Source: Carcharhinus longimanus (Eukaryota). From it: a DNA stretch of 64,000 bases. Position 1 is the first letter of the stretch; every line of letters starts with the position of its first letter. The translations under genes and the position numbers were made by a program. Below the pieces are notes generated by a model, which saw only the letters and a program-made list of their open reading frames with translations, was not told the DNA's origin and ran no database searches. The stretch spans positions 93,473,182 through 93,537,181 of the forward strand of contig JASCQW010000001.1 in the NCBI GenBank assembly GCA_030264375.1, written 5' to 3'. This document shows positions 39,700 to 52,700 of this stretch, piece after piece.

Positions 39700-40763
39700 G
39701 TAGAACAGAACATCAATGAGAGGTGCTGAAATGTGATTAAGAACAAGTTTATATCAAAGGGCTATGCTTACCAAAAAAAAGCATGGATGACGAGGGAATA
39801 CAGAAAAATATACAAAAGTACAAAAAGGCACATATCCTGGTGATGGAAAAAGGTACAAAGAGAAGCAAAGAGTGACAAAACATTTGGACTGTGCTACAAA
39901 AAAGGGAACAGAAAAGAAGCAAATGAAATCAATAGGAATACGATTTATGCTTATATTAAGAAAAATAGCGTGGACAAATGCAATGTGGGCCTTTGAAAAC
40001 TAATAATACTATTATTGCCTATGATAACAAGGAACTGATAGGCACATTGAATAATTACTTTGCATTAGTATTTACAGTAGACCAGGTGATAGCATAAGGA
40101 CATCCTAAGGAAAGTAAAATTGAATTGGGCGCTTGCCAAATTAACATAAGCAAAGTAACAGGAATTGAGAAAATGAAGGCAATAAAGAGTGTCACATCCC
40201 TAGAACTAAATGGTTTCCATCCTAGGGTTTTAAAGGAAGTAGGCAACAAAATTGCACATGTCACTCAGCTATTTAAAAAGGTCAGAAATTGAAACCAGTG
40301 AACTGCAGACCAGTTATCCAACATCTTTTGTTAGGGACTAGACTATAATTGGGGAACAAGCAACTGACCACCTTGAAAATTTTCAACTGATCATATAGAG
40401 AGCCAGCATGGATTTGTAAAGGGTAAGTCATGCCTAATGAACATGACTGAATTTGTTTGAACAATTAATAAAATAGTGGACAGAGGAGTGCCTATGGATG
40501 TGATTCATATGGTTTTTCAGAAGGCAGTTAGTAAAGTATTAATGAGAGACAATATAGTGAAAGTGAAAGCTCATGGAACTGAAGGCAGCTTAAATACCTA
40601 CTTAGAAAATTGGCTGGAGTGCTGGGAGAAGGCAGCAGGCTAATGGGCAGGACATCTAATTGGCAGGATATGTGCAGTAGTATTTCACAAGTATCTGTGC
40701 TGGGGCCTCAATTAGCCATGGTATTTATGAATGACTTAGTTGATGGGACAGAAATTCATATTA
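39700..40763 (+). mobile_element. Old CR1 ORF2 fragment (left part of an interrupted copy)
   Basis: FHPRVLKEV, SQHGFVKGKSCL, VD.GVPMDVI..FQKA, SVLGPQL..FMNDLVDG remnants. Confidence 0.75.
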
Positions 40764-41985
40764 TAAGAACATAAGAACTAGGAGCATGACTAGGCCATCT
40801 GGCCCCTCAAGCCTGCTTCATAATTCAATAAGACCATGGCTGAGTTTTTCATGGACTCAGCTCCATTTACCCACCCGCTCAACATAACTCTTAATTCCTT
40901 TACTGTCCAAACATTTATCTAACCTTGCCTTAAAAATGAGGTAGCCTCGACTGCTTCACTGGACAAGGAATTCCACAGATTCTCAACCCTTTGGGTGAAG
41001 AAATTCCTCCTCAACTCAGTCCTAACCCTGCTCCCCCTTATTTTGAGGCAATGCCCCCTAGTTCTAGTTTCACCTGCCACTGGAAACAACTTTCCTGCTT
41101 CTTTCTTATTATTCCCTTCATAATTTTATATGTTTCTATAAGATTTCCCTTCATTCTTCTAAATTCCAATGAGTATAGCCCCAGTCTACTCAGTCTCTCC
41201 TCATAAGCCAACACTCTCAACTCTGGAATCAACCTAGTGAATCTCTTCTGCACCCCCTCCAGTGCCGGTATATCCTTTCTCAAGTAAGGAAACCAAAACA
41301 GAACACAGTACTTCAGGTATGGCCTCACCAGCACCTTATAAAGCTACAACATAACCTTGCTGGTTTTAAACTCCATCCAATGAAGGACAAAATTGCATTT
41401 GCCTTCTTAATTACCTACTGCACCTGCAAACCAATTTTTTGTGATTCATGCACAAGGACACCCAGGTCCCTCTGCACAGCTGCATGCTGCAAATTTTTAC
41501 CTTTTAAATCATGGTTCATTTAGCTGTTGTTCCTACCAAAATGGATGACCTCACATTTACCAACATTGTACTCCATCTGCCAGACTCTCGCCCACTCACT
41601 TGGGCTATCTATATCCTTTTGCAGACTTTCAGCATCCTCTGCATGCTTTGCTCTGCCACTCATCTTAGTGTCATCTGTGAATTTTGATATACTACACTTG
41701 GCCCCCAAATCATCTATGTAAATTGTAAACAACTGCAGTCCTAACACTGATCCCTGAGGTGCATCACTCGTCACTGATCACCAACCAGAAAAAAAACCCA
41801 TTTACCTCCACTCTTTGCTTTCTGATAGGTAACCAGTCCTTTATCCATGCTAATATGTTATCCATATCAGCGTGCACCTTTATCTTATGCAGCAGCTTTT
41901 GGTGCAGCACCTTGTCAGATGCCTCTGGAAACCCAGATACACCACATCCACAGGTTCCCCATTGTCCACTGTGCACGTAATGTCC
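40764..41985 (-). mobile_element. Younger 5'-truncated CR1 copy, 3' end at left
   Basis: Tail taagaacataagaactaggagc; ORF remnants VDNGEPVDVVYL, PQGSVLG, FTDDTK, WQMEYNVGKCEVIHFG, LVRPYLKYCVLFW. Confidence 0.9.
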
Positions 41986-42007
41986 CCCGTAATAACTTGC
42001 GGATCAC

Positions 42008-43862
42008 ACAGACAAATGGCTGAGGAATTAAATTTGTACTTTGCTTCAGTCTTCACAAAGGAAGACATGAATAATATACCAGAAGTGCTGAGAGAAACAC
42101 GTTTTTGTGAGGTGCTGAAGGGAATCAGCATTAGTAGAGAAATGGTTTGGGGGTAATTGATGGGATTGCAGGTGGATAAATCCCTAGGTCCTGATAATCT
42201 TCATCCCAGATTACTTAAGAAAGTGGCCCTGGAAATAGTAGATTCATTGGGGGTGATTTTTCAAAATTCTTTGGATTCTGGAATAGTTCCTACAGATTGG
42301 AGGGTAGCTCATCTAAGTCTGCTATTCAAAAAGGAAGGGTGNNNNNNNNNNTTATAGACCAATGAGCTAATGATAATACTGGGGAAGTTGCTAGAGTCTA
42401 TTATCAAGGAGTCCATAACTCGGCATTTGAAATCGTATAATCTGACAAATTCAACATTGATTTACAAAAGGGAAGTCATGTTTGATGAATCTATCGGAAT
42501 TTTTTGAGGATGTAACTAGGGGAGTTGACTGAGGAGAACCAGTGGATGTGGCTTACCTAGACTTTCAGAAGGCTTTTGACAGGTTCTCTCATAATAGACT
42601 ACTATGTAAAGTTAAAGCACAGGAATTGCAGGTAATGTCTTGAGATGGATAGAAAGCCAGTTAGCAGATAGAAAGCAAAGAGTTGGCATAAATGGGTCTT
42701 TGACTGGCAGTAAGTGACAAATGGGGTTCCACAGGCTTCTGTGCTAGGACCCTAACTGTTCACATTTTATATTAATGATTTGGAAGAGGGAACTGAATGT
42801 ATTATCCCCAAATTTACAGACGATACAAAGTTGGGTGTCAGAGTCACCTGTGAGGAGGATGCAGAGATGCTTCAGTGTGATTTGGACAGGCCAAGTGTCT
42901 GGGTATCTGCACGGCAGATGCAGCATAATGTGGATAAAAAAGAGGTTATCCACATTGGTAGCAATAATAGGAAGATAGATTATTACTTGAATGAGTATAA
43001 ATTGAGAGAGGTGGATACTCAACAAGACCTTGGAGTCCTCATGCAACAGTCGCTGAAAGTACGCGCGCAGATGCAGCATGCAGTAAAGAAGGCAAATGGT
43101 ATGTTGGCCTTAATAGCAAGAGAATTTGAGTATTGGGGTAGGGAAGTTTTGATGCAATTGTGTAGGGCATTGGTGAGGCCACACCTGGAGAACTGTGTGC
43201 AGTTCTGGTGTCCTTATCTGAGGAAGGATGTCCTTGCTATAGAGGGAGAACAGCGAAGGTTTATCGGGTTGATTCCTGGGCTGGCAGATCTGCCGTATGA
43301 GGAGAGACCAAGTTGATTAGGANNNNNNNNNNNNNNNNNNNNNNNNNNNNNNNNNNNNNNNNNNNNNNNNNNNNNNNNNNNNNNNNNNNNNNNNNNNNNN
43401 NNNNNNNNNNNNNNNNNNNNNNTGCCGTATGAGGAGAGACCAAGTTGATTAGGATTATATTCACTAGAGTTTAGAAGAACGAGAGGGGACCTCACAGAAA
43501 CATATAAAATTTTAACAGGGTTAGACAAAGTAGATTGAACTCTCCCAATGGTGGGTGAGTTCAGAACTGAGGTCATAGTTTGAGGAAAAAGGGTAAACTT
43601 TTTAGAACTGAGGTGAGGAGAAATTTCTTCATCCAGAGTGTGGGATTCAGAACTACCTCAGAATGTNNNNNNNNNNTCAGAATGTAGTTGATTTCATGAA
43701 GAAATTAGATACAGCTCTTGGGGCTAAAGGGATCAAGGGTTATGGGAGGAAGGGTAGGGGATGAGGATATAGAATTTGGTGATCAGCCATGATCAAGGTG
43801 AATGGCAGGACATGCTCAAAGGGCTGAATGGCCTACTTTTGCTTCTAGTTTCTATGTTTCTA
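42008..43862 (+). mobile_element. Younger 5'-truncated CR1 copy, 3' end at right
   Basis: MAEELNLYFASVFTKED, DKSLGPDNLHPRLLK, FTDDTKLG, LVRPHLENCVQFW; tail gggctgaatggcctacttttgcttctagtttctatgtttcta; contains three gaps. Confidence 0.9.
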
Positions 43863-43864
43863 CA

Positions 43865-44530
43865 TAAATAAATGTAAGCACTGTAGACTACATCTGTGAA
43901 CAAAATTATAGCAAACCGATTTCAATGTAGGCAAATGTAGGGTCATCCATTTTGGATTTATATAAGATAAAACAGAGTACTTCCTGAATGGGATGAAGTT
44001 AAAAATGGCAGTGATTCAGAGATACTTACAGGTCTATTTGCACAGAGCACCACAAATGTAATGCTGGACTTATATCTTGAAGAAGTCAGAAGTTATTTTC
44101 CAGAATGATGCTGGAGCTTCTAGAAATAAACTGCAAAACTAGATTACACAATCTGGGTTGTACTCCTCGAATTTCGAGGGTTGAGGAATAATTTGATCAA
44201 ACTTTTCAAGATATTAAGGGAAACAGATAGAGAGAAACTATTTCCACTGGTTGGGGGGACCAGCACAAGGAGTACTGTTTAAATATTACTGTCAGACCTT
44301 TCAAGGTTAAAATTAGGAACCATTTCTACACACAGAGTGGTAGAAGTTTGGAATTCTCTTCCACAAACAACAATTGATGACAGGTCAATTGTTAATTTTA
44401 AATCTGAAATTGGAATGCTTTTCCCCAGTCATATTAAGACAGGTATACGGGGTTAGGTGGAGATCAGCCATGTTCGCAGAAGGAAAGATCAGGCTCACAG
44501 GGAAAGATGGTCTCCCCTTATTCCTATGCT
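43865..44530 (+). mobile_element. Old CR1 ORF2/3' UTR (right part of the interrupted copy)
   Basis: gatttcaatgtaggcaaatgtagggtcatccattttgg (DFNVGKCRVIHFG) continues the 39700-40763 copy; ends in a CR1-like 3' UTR. Confidence 0.7.
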
Positions 44531-45623
44531 GCATCCTGAGATACTCTGCACCATTCCTTGTCAAATCTGCAATTACTGTTAATGCTACTTTCCATCAACC
44601 AAGAGTCAAAGCAGAAGGACCCGACTTCGTTCACCTCCCACACTTTCAGAATTCCCCCATCCTTTCCTGTCACCCACAATTTTCAGTGGTGTGGGATAAA
44701 GATGCAGGCAGTGAGCCCACAAACAGCATTCCCAACCTTCTTGGCTCCATTACAAGGGTGGGGATTTCAGATCCCCCGGAATTTTGATGTTACAAGCTGA
44801 CTTCTGCAGGTGATATTGAACTCAGTGAGTTACAGCCAGTTAGCCGAACAGCTGGTATCAGGAAACTGGGGTCATGTTGGATGGAATGAGGATACATTGG
44901 GGACATGGTGGTGGAGGGGGTTGGGGGGTAAATAAGAGACTTATACAGGATTGAGGACTGGAATCTACTAGTTATTGTTTCCATGTCTGGTGTGGTTTCA
45001 GAAGCGGTGGCACTAACCCAAGCCCCCATACCTCATCCCTGGCCACTCCACCATGAAAATAACTTCAGGAGATGAGCCCAGCTTGCAAACCCTCACATCT
45101 CAAAAATTAAAATCTGGCCCATAGCAGCTTTGTTCTATGCAACACTCAATCCCATCAGAAAGGGCTTAATTAAAATGAAAGGCAATTCTGGAGCTCAAAT
45201 CAAAGCTTATGGTTTGTAAACTAAGTGCTTCAACAACCAAGACATCTAGTCAAATTCAAGAATAAAAAGACAATTGCAACAATGAATATCACAAGTTGAT
45301 ATTGAATGCAGTATGCAGGGTTTAGGGACACTTGGTTTTGATTATTGTAAATAATCTTTGGTTCTGGCATATTAACGTATATTACATATATAGCAAACAA
45401 TGTATATGATATATATACAGTAAACTTTATTAAGGAAGTGGGATGAAATACAACAATGCTGCCAATTATTAATGGTTATAAATTCATCAGAATTAATTTC
45501 CACTGTTATGAACAGCTTTCTTTAAATAAATACTATAGAGTCCCACTTAATTAAATAATCTCTAAAATAAGCAGTAAAATGAGCATATTGTCACCATCTG
45601 TTGTCAAATGAAAGACAATAAAA

Positions 45624-45765
45624 TCCAAAGATGTGCAGGTTAGGTAGATTGGCCATGGGAAATGTGTGGGGTTCGGGGATAGGCCCAGGGTAAAATACTT
45701 TGTCAGAGAGTCGGTGCAGACTCAATGGGTTGAATGGCTTCTTCTGCACTGTAGAGATTCTATGA
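45624..45765 (+). mobile_element. HE1 SINE 3' half
   Basis: tccaaagatgtgcaggttaggtagattggccatg..tgaatggcttcttctgcactgtagagattctatga. Confidence 0.8.
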
Positions 45766-46954
45766 AATTAAATATGTGCTGATACAGCATCATTTCTTGG
45801 TTTTATTCTTTGGAAATCCAGGTTGAGAAGGTTCTGCGCAATGGCCTGACTTCTCACTGCTAAGAATCTTTCAGCACAATTCCTCTATCTAGGCAAAGAA
45901 TTTCCTTTGCAAAGAATTCCATAGCAATAGACCCCAGAAAGTCTCTGGAATGTCTCTGGCCTAACCACTTGAAAGGTGTCAAGAAATGTTCAGAAGTGTT
46001 TTTTATATAGCAGGAATCTTCACTTTGTTCAGTAAGTACAAGGCAGACCATCCTAATTCAAAACAGTAATTTTGCTAAAACAATAAAGATTCAATAAAAT
46101 ATATGTGGCTGCTGAGAAGAAAAAGGGAATCGGGCCAAGAGGCATTCAAATCCAGCTCACCTCAAGTTACCACCATGGTGTGAGTAAACCACTACTGTGT
46201 AATGCCGCAGTTCTCCCACTTAGCCTCAAAGTATGCAGTGTGGGGAAATGACATGACATGTGCCTACCCACACATACCAAGGTTTAATTTAATGGAGATT
46301 GACTGCTCTTAATTTACAAAAACCTTATCAGCCTACTCTTGTCCGTACTTCTGATCCAAAGGTTTATGTTACTTCAATTACTTTTATTGCTACAATGTAA
46401 AGGAATTATCTTTGCATTCCAAAAGACTGACTCAAATTCAGGAAAACATTCCGTTTTTGCCTAAGACTGTCGGTGAGAGGTAGAATTGCATGTAACATTA
46501 CATTCAATCCGCGAGCGTCAGAAAGCAATGATGTGATTATACCTTCTGATGGCGGATGTCCTCGCTGTAAATTTTCAGGGAAAAGGCTGAGGGGCGTCCC
46601 TGCAATGTCCCACACCAACTACCACTGAATCTACCAACAGGGGGATGCTCACTTTTCTCCATGATGACCTCATCTCAGCAAACTTAGTACTGAAATATAT
46701 GATTCCAACTTGGAGAATTTTAACATAGCTCATATACTGAAATAAACTACGGCAAACTGACTTTAGTTTATGAATAACATAAACAATGTACAGTGGTGAA
46801 AGAAAGATGCTATTCCACCTGAACTTCACTGCACAATGTTTGCAGGTCATGCTTTGAATTATTATGCAGGCTGCAAGTGCCTTCACAGTCTGTCACCATT
46901 TTGGCACTGGCACTCATGGCTGCTAACAGGTTACCCAACACTGATTTAACCATA

Positions 46955-47263
46955 AGGCAGCATGGTGGCACAGTTGTGAACACTGCTACCTCACAGTGCC
47001 AGGGACCTAAGTTCAATTCAGGCCTCGGGTCACTGTCTTTGTGAAGTTTGCACATTCTCCTTGTGTCTGCGTGGGTTTCCTCCAGGTGCTCCAGTTTCCT
47101 CCCACACTCCAAAGATGTGCTGGTTAATTTAATTGGCCACGCTAAATTGCCCCTTAGTGTCAGGGTAAATACTTGGGGTTGTGGGAGTGGGCCTGGGAGG
47201 GATTGTTGTAGGTGTGGACGCGATGGGCCAAATGGCCTCTTTTTGCACTGTAGGAATTCTATA
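46955..47263 (+). mobile_element. HE1 V-SINE
   Basis: aggcagcatggtggcacagttgtgaacactgctacctcacagtgccaggg..gatgggccaaatggcctctttttgcactgtaggaattctat. Confidence 0.9.
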
Positions 47264-49204
47264 ATAACATCAAGGAAGAGAATTTCCACGTGAAAAAAAA
47301 TTGTGATTCACCTGATCCAAATTATTTCGAAGACTACCTTTCTAGATGATGAACAACTACAAAGCACATGCTGAAACTGCTTCCCAGCATAATATTAACA
47401 TTTCCTTTTAAAGCCAAGGAATGGGGACATGTGTCCTGTTCCCATTAAGTTAATATCCATGACAACTTGGGTTTCACATTAAAGGCACAAACATTAAACA
47501 GATTATGTAAGGCTGTCCTTAAAAAAAGTTAGGTGTCACAGACTTGCTTGCACTTCAGCCTCTGTCAAATGTCTGGATTCATGCTGTCCCATGTTCCCAT
47601 TCCAAGGCCTCAGAAATCCAGGATTACCAAATTCAGTGAAGACAATGAAGACAAAACTTTCTTAATAAAGTCTACTTCTGAGTTCCAGACAAAAAGAAAG
47701 CCTCTCCTATCAATAATTTTTGGAAACAAGCCAATTTTATTTAACACCGCTGTCTGAACTTTTAAGTATCCTCCGATTCTTAATTTATGTTTACTTCAAT
47801 CCCATCTAAAATTTGTGGTATTTCTATGTAAAGAGAAGTTCTGTGCCGAAGTGTCTGCATGCCAAAGATAATTAAAGAAGGAACAGTAACATAAAGACAG
47901 ACTAGGAATTGTAAAATAACCATCTATCAGACAGAGTTCTGAGAGCATGCAGCAGTTTCAGGCTTGCTGCCTGGTTTTCCATCTGGGGTTTAGTTCATTT
48001 TTGCTGGTGTTTCTCCAGAATAGACTATTCATTTTACACACTGTGACTGCCAGAAACAGCAGTCAAATCAGAGAACAACATATTCAGGGGTGTTTTTGGT
48101 TAAAGGTTTATTCAACTGCTCCAAAAAAGACAGCTTACCACTCAAAATGGTGGCACATGCCGACACCCCGATTCTAGGAACAACCAAAATACTAAAGGGA
48201 TAATAAAGAGGTGACCAGCTGCTTTCTAACTACTTCTGTAGCTGGCACTTCAAGAGGAATTCCTGTCGTGCTCCCAGAGCAGACATTTGACTGTAGTGTC
48301 ATAGGATTATTTAACTTCATTAGGTCAAGGACACATGCAGTGCAGAAGCTAGACGCTGCTCTGTTGCTAGGTGACAGGTCCAATGCACCCAGCCAGTACC
48401 GCAGGAAGTCACCCATGCTTATTACCTGCAGCTGCCCTGCAATCATCAAGAGTACAATCCAAGCATGTTACCTCGGCAAATTGGGCTTTCCCATTGGCGA
48501 CGTATGCAAAGAAGGTTTACTAGCAGGCAGGGCTGCCTGTGAGAAAGCTGTCAGCCTCTGCAAGACATCTTAAGTAGCTAACATTAATTGTTGAAGGGCA
48601 GTTGACATGGAGCTTTATTATCAAGTGCATTAATTATGGTTCAGTTAAACTGACATGCCTGACAGGGATCTCTCCTGTGAGGAGTGTTAACAACAGTATG
48701 TCATTCTTTGCACCATTATTATAATAGTTTTTGTGTCTAATCTGCAAACATCATCTTTCCTTAGATTTGTTCTATTATTGGTCCATCACATCACAGCATT
48801 ATACTTCTACGAAAATCTCCTTAACTTAATTGTTTTGCAGTTGAGTTGCTTTAGAGCAGCAGATTAGCATTAAATCATAAATACACTTAATTACCCTAGG
48901 AATTGCACCAAAGATTTGGGGAAAGGCAGAATAATAGGACTAAGTGACTAACTCCTTCAGAGACTGCACTCTGCAATGGCCAAATGACTCCCTTTTGCAC
49001 TGTAAAATTCTGCTTGTCTGATGTGGAGAGTTTAAGGCACTTTCTTGTGATTATGCGGATCTAATGAGCCTATTCAACAAAATTCCAATGGACAGAAGGT
49101 TTTGGAATTGCCATTCTTTTGATGTAAATGATACAAATATCTGAAAATAGAAGGTAAAACAATCATGGCTATCAAGTCTGGTCCTTGTGGTCATACAAAC
49201 ATGT

Positions 49205-49789
49205 GAACATACAAATTGGAGCAGCAATAGGCTATTTGAACCCACAAACCTGCTCTGCCGTTTAGTTAGATCTGATTGTAACCACAACCCTACTTCCCTA
49301 TCTAATCTTATAAACTTTGACTCCTATGTCAATCAAAAATCTATGTAACGCAGCCTTAAACATATTCAATTTCCCCTGCTGTCATTGTTCTCTGGAGAGA
49401 GAATTCTACAGACCAACTAACCTGAGAGAAAATATTTCTCTTCACCTCCATGTTTAATGGGACACCCCTCATTTTTAAACTGCATCTGTTAGTTCTCCAA
49501 TCCCATGAGTGGAAACATCCTCTTAGCACCCACCTTGTCAGGTCCCCTTAGGATCTTTCAACAAGCCCATTTCTCAATCTTTTAAATTCCAATGGATACA
49601 GGTCCAACTAATCCAACCTTCCCACATAAGATAGCTCCTTCATCCTAGAAATCAGTCGCATGAACCTTCAATTAACTGTTTCTATTGCAATTATATCCCT
49701 TCTTAAATTAAGAGAATATAAGAACATAAGAAATAGGAGCAGGAGTAGGCCATCTAGCCCTTCGAGCCTGCCCCGCCATTCAATAAGAT
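49205..49789 (-). mobile_element. Old CR1 3' fragment (49205-49710) followed by a young CR1 3' end (49711-49789) running into a gap
   Basis: gaacatacaaattggagcagcaataggc.. old tail; agaacataagaaataggagcaggagtaggccatctagcccttcgagcctgccccgcc young tail. Confidence 0.7.
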
Positions 49790-52700
49790 NNNNNNNNNNN
49801 NNNNNNNNNNNNNNNNNNNNNNNNNNNNNNNNNNNNNNNNNNNNNNNNNNNNNNNNNNNNNNNNNNNNNNNNNNNNNNNNNNNNNNNNNNNNNNNNNNNN
49901 NNNNNNNNNNNNNNNNNNNNNNNNNNNNNNNNNNNNNNNNNNNNNNNNNNNNNNNNNNNNNNNNNNNNNNNNNNNNNNNNNNNNNNNNNNNNNNNNNNNN
50001 NNNNNNNNNNNNNNNNNNNNNNNNNNNNNNNNNNNNNNNNNNNNNNNNNNNNNNNNNNNNNNNNNNNNNNNNNNNNNNNNNNNNNNNNNNNNNNNNNNNN
50101 NNNNNNNNNNNNNNNNNNNNNNNNNNNNNNNNNNNNNNNNNNNNNNNNNNNNNNNNNNNNNNNNNNNNNNNNNNNNNNNNNNNNNNNNNNNNNNNNNNNN
50201 NNNNNNNNNNNNNNNNNNNNNNNNNNNNNNNNNNNNNNNNNNNNNNNNNNNNNNNNNNNNNNNNNNNNNNNNNNNNNNNNNNNNNNNNNNNNNNNNNNNN
50301 NNNNNNNNNNCCATTGGCCGGCTCAATCTTTTTCTGGGGAGTGGGTGCTGTACTCCTCTAGTGATTATCTGGGTTCTCAGCCAAGCATACATAATGATGC
50401 TTGGTGAAGCCCAGACAAATATGTTTGTTGAACCAGCTGCTCCCCACAAGAAACACTGTTTGTTTGACAGCTCAGAACTCTGCTGTCAATTTCACAATTT
50501 GTTTAGACAGGGGTTTCAAGGGTTTGATTTTTACTTTTTTTTACATTTGCCAAAATGCACTATAGGGTTCACTGGTTCTACACAGCACATAGTGGGTCAA
50601 TAGGCATGGACATAGGGGGCATGATGGACAATAAGTGGTGAGTGGAAGGGCATGAGGGTAAACTTTTGAACTTAATTTTTAAAAGGTCCCATGTGCACAC
50701 TAGGGTTCACATCTCTTCTGAGGAGTCACGAACTATGGCTCTTTAAAAACCTGGCCTGATACCATGAAAATTGCAAAGGAGTAGGAAATGCTTATCCCCT
50801 CAATACAGCAGGTCATGTTGGGAGTGCCAGATGCAAGCTTTTTGACAAGAATCAGCCCACACCTTTTTAAGACACTCCAGAAAATCAAACAGCCCAAGAA
50901 TGGGATTGGCAATCCTGGAATCTGAACTTTATGTTCTCTTCACAACTCATTCTCCTGCCTATCTTTGCATTATCAGCAAATTTAGCAACATACGTTCTGT
51001 CCCTTCATCNNNNNNNNNNNNNNNNNNNNNNNNNNNNNNNNNNNNNNNNNNNNNNNNNNNNNNNNNNNNNNNNNNNNNNNNNNNNNNNNNNNNNNNNNNN
51101 NNNNNNNNNNNNNNNNNNNNNNNNNNNNNNNNNNNNNNNNNNNNNNNNNNNNNNNNNNNNNNNNNNNNNNNACACAAACAGCCATGGGATCCATCCCCTC
51201 ACCACAAGTAATCAAGCTATGTGGCTTTTCAGTGCCAATTATTTAAATTGAGAGAAACAAAGCGGAGGGCAAGCTGTCACAACACAATTTATTCCACACA
51301 TGCAGTTATACCAGCAATGATTTACAGGTCCAAATAGCCATTGTTGGAATTGTTTTTCGCATTATGTAGTGCATGCCCAGCCAGCACTCCGTACTGTACC
51401 ACGTTTTTGTGGTTACTTGGCATACTGCAGTATAATTAAACAATTAATAACATTATTTTCTGTAAATAAAACACAAAGCAGGCTTTGTGTGATAAATACT
51501 GATCAGTTTAACAATGAATTGTGACTGTGCCAATGGTTAGTTCCATCTTTTCCTCGTGTGCATCACCTGTTTTATTGCTCTTCGGTAGACTACAATCATT
51601 CAGTTAGTATTTCATTTTTACAGATAAAGAAAATAAAACTAAGGAAACGCAATCTTACTGATTTCAAAGTTTTCTTTCATCTCAGAAATAATTGAGATCC
51701 CTAGGTTTTGCTGCATTCCTTGAGAATTAACCTTGACATCAAGAGTTTTTAATATTTGTTTTTACAACACAAACAGTATCCCAGTTTGAAAAGCCTTTCA
51801 TGATCCTGTTGGTAGCCATTAGCAACCAAAAGTCATTGAGATGACAAAGAATGTGCAGTCTATTTTTTGCCCATCCTTTTGTTTACTGTTAGTTGGTCCA
51901 GCCTTGTCCATATATATGTCTTCTCCATCTCTTAGGTGATATCCCAGTGTAGTTATGGCAACAAGAGAGAATGATCCCAGCACAACATAAAACAGCGTCA
52001 AAGGAAACTGTGTTTGTTTTTGTATTTTTCCATCGAGGAAATTCATGATAATGTACCGAATATTGCCTAAAGCCAATGGCTGCTATTTACTAGCACTGGG
52101 CTTGGGGCCCTTTGACAAATAAAACCACATCTGGGGTAAAAAACTGTTTATTTAGAGGTCAAGATTAGTAAATGTCCACAAACCTCAAAATAACACCTCT
52201 TCTTCAAAACATAACTGACTTGATCAAATAAAACCACAGCTGTGAGCAATGTGCAAGGTTCCTTAAAGGCTACATGGATTGTTAACAATGATTCACAATG
52301 TGGGCAGTGCATTGAAGTCACATGCTCTCTTGCAAAGCGAGAAGAAGAAGACTTTAAAGTATCATCTATTAACTTTCTTTGGTCTGTGCTATTGGATTGT
52401 GAGGAGATAAAGTGTGTATTTGTGTGTATATTTATTTGTGTGTATATTTATACAATTGTCTTTCTCAAATAACTAGGGCATAACAAACGACCAGACTGCC
52501 CTCAGCTAGACAGGCAGTAAATTAAGAAAAACCAGACGCACAAATGGGAAGAGCAGAATGAGAACACTCTGTGGTTCAGACTTTTTTTTATTTAATAAAG
52601 TGAAAGGCACAAAGAGACTGATAGTTAAAGAGGTTAATTCTTTTACGGACGCACAATATAGAGTTAGCAAATAGGTTTCTGCATAATTAAGGCCACATTG

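Noticed and set aside
43291-43454. Exact direct repeat of about 32 bp on both sides of a 100-N gap
   Set aside because: Contig-overlap assembly artefact; similar short overlaps flank the gaps at about 17729 and 43667.
35850-51251. Long ORFs dominated by X (35850-36429, 49660-50449, 50900-51251)
   Set aside because: Artefacts of reading through N gaps.
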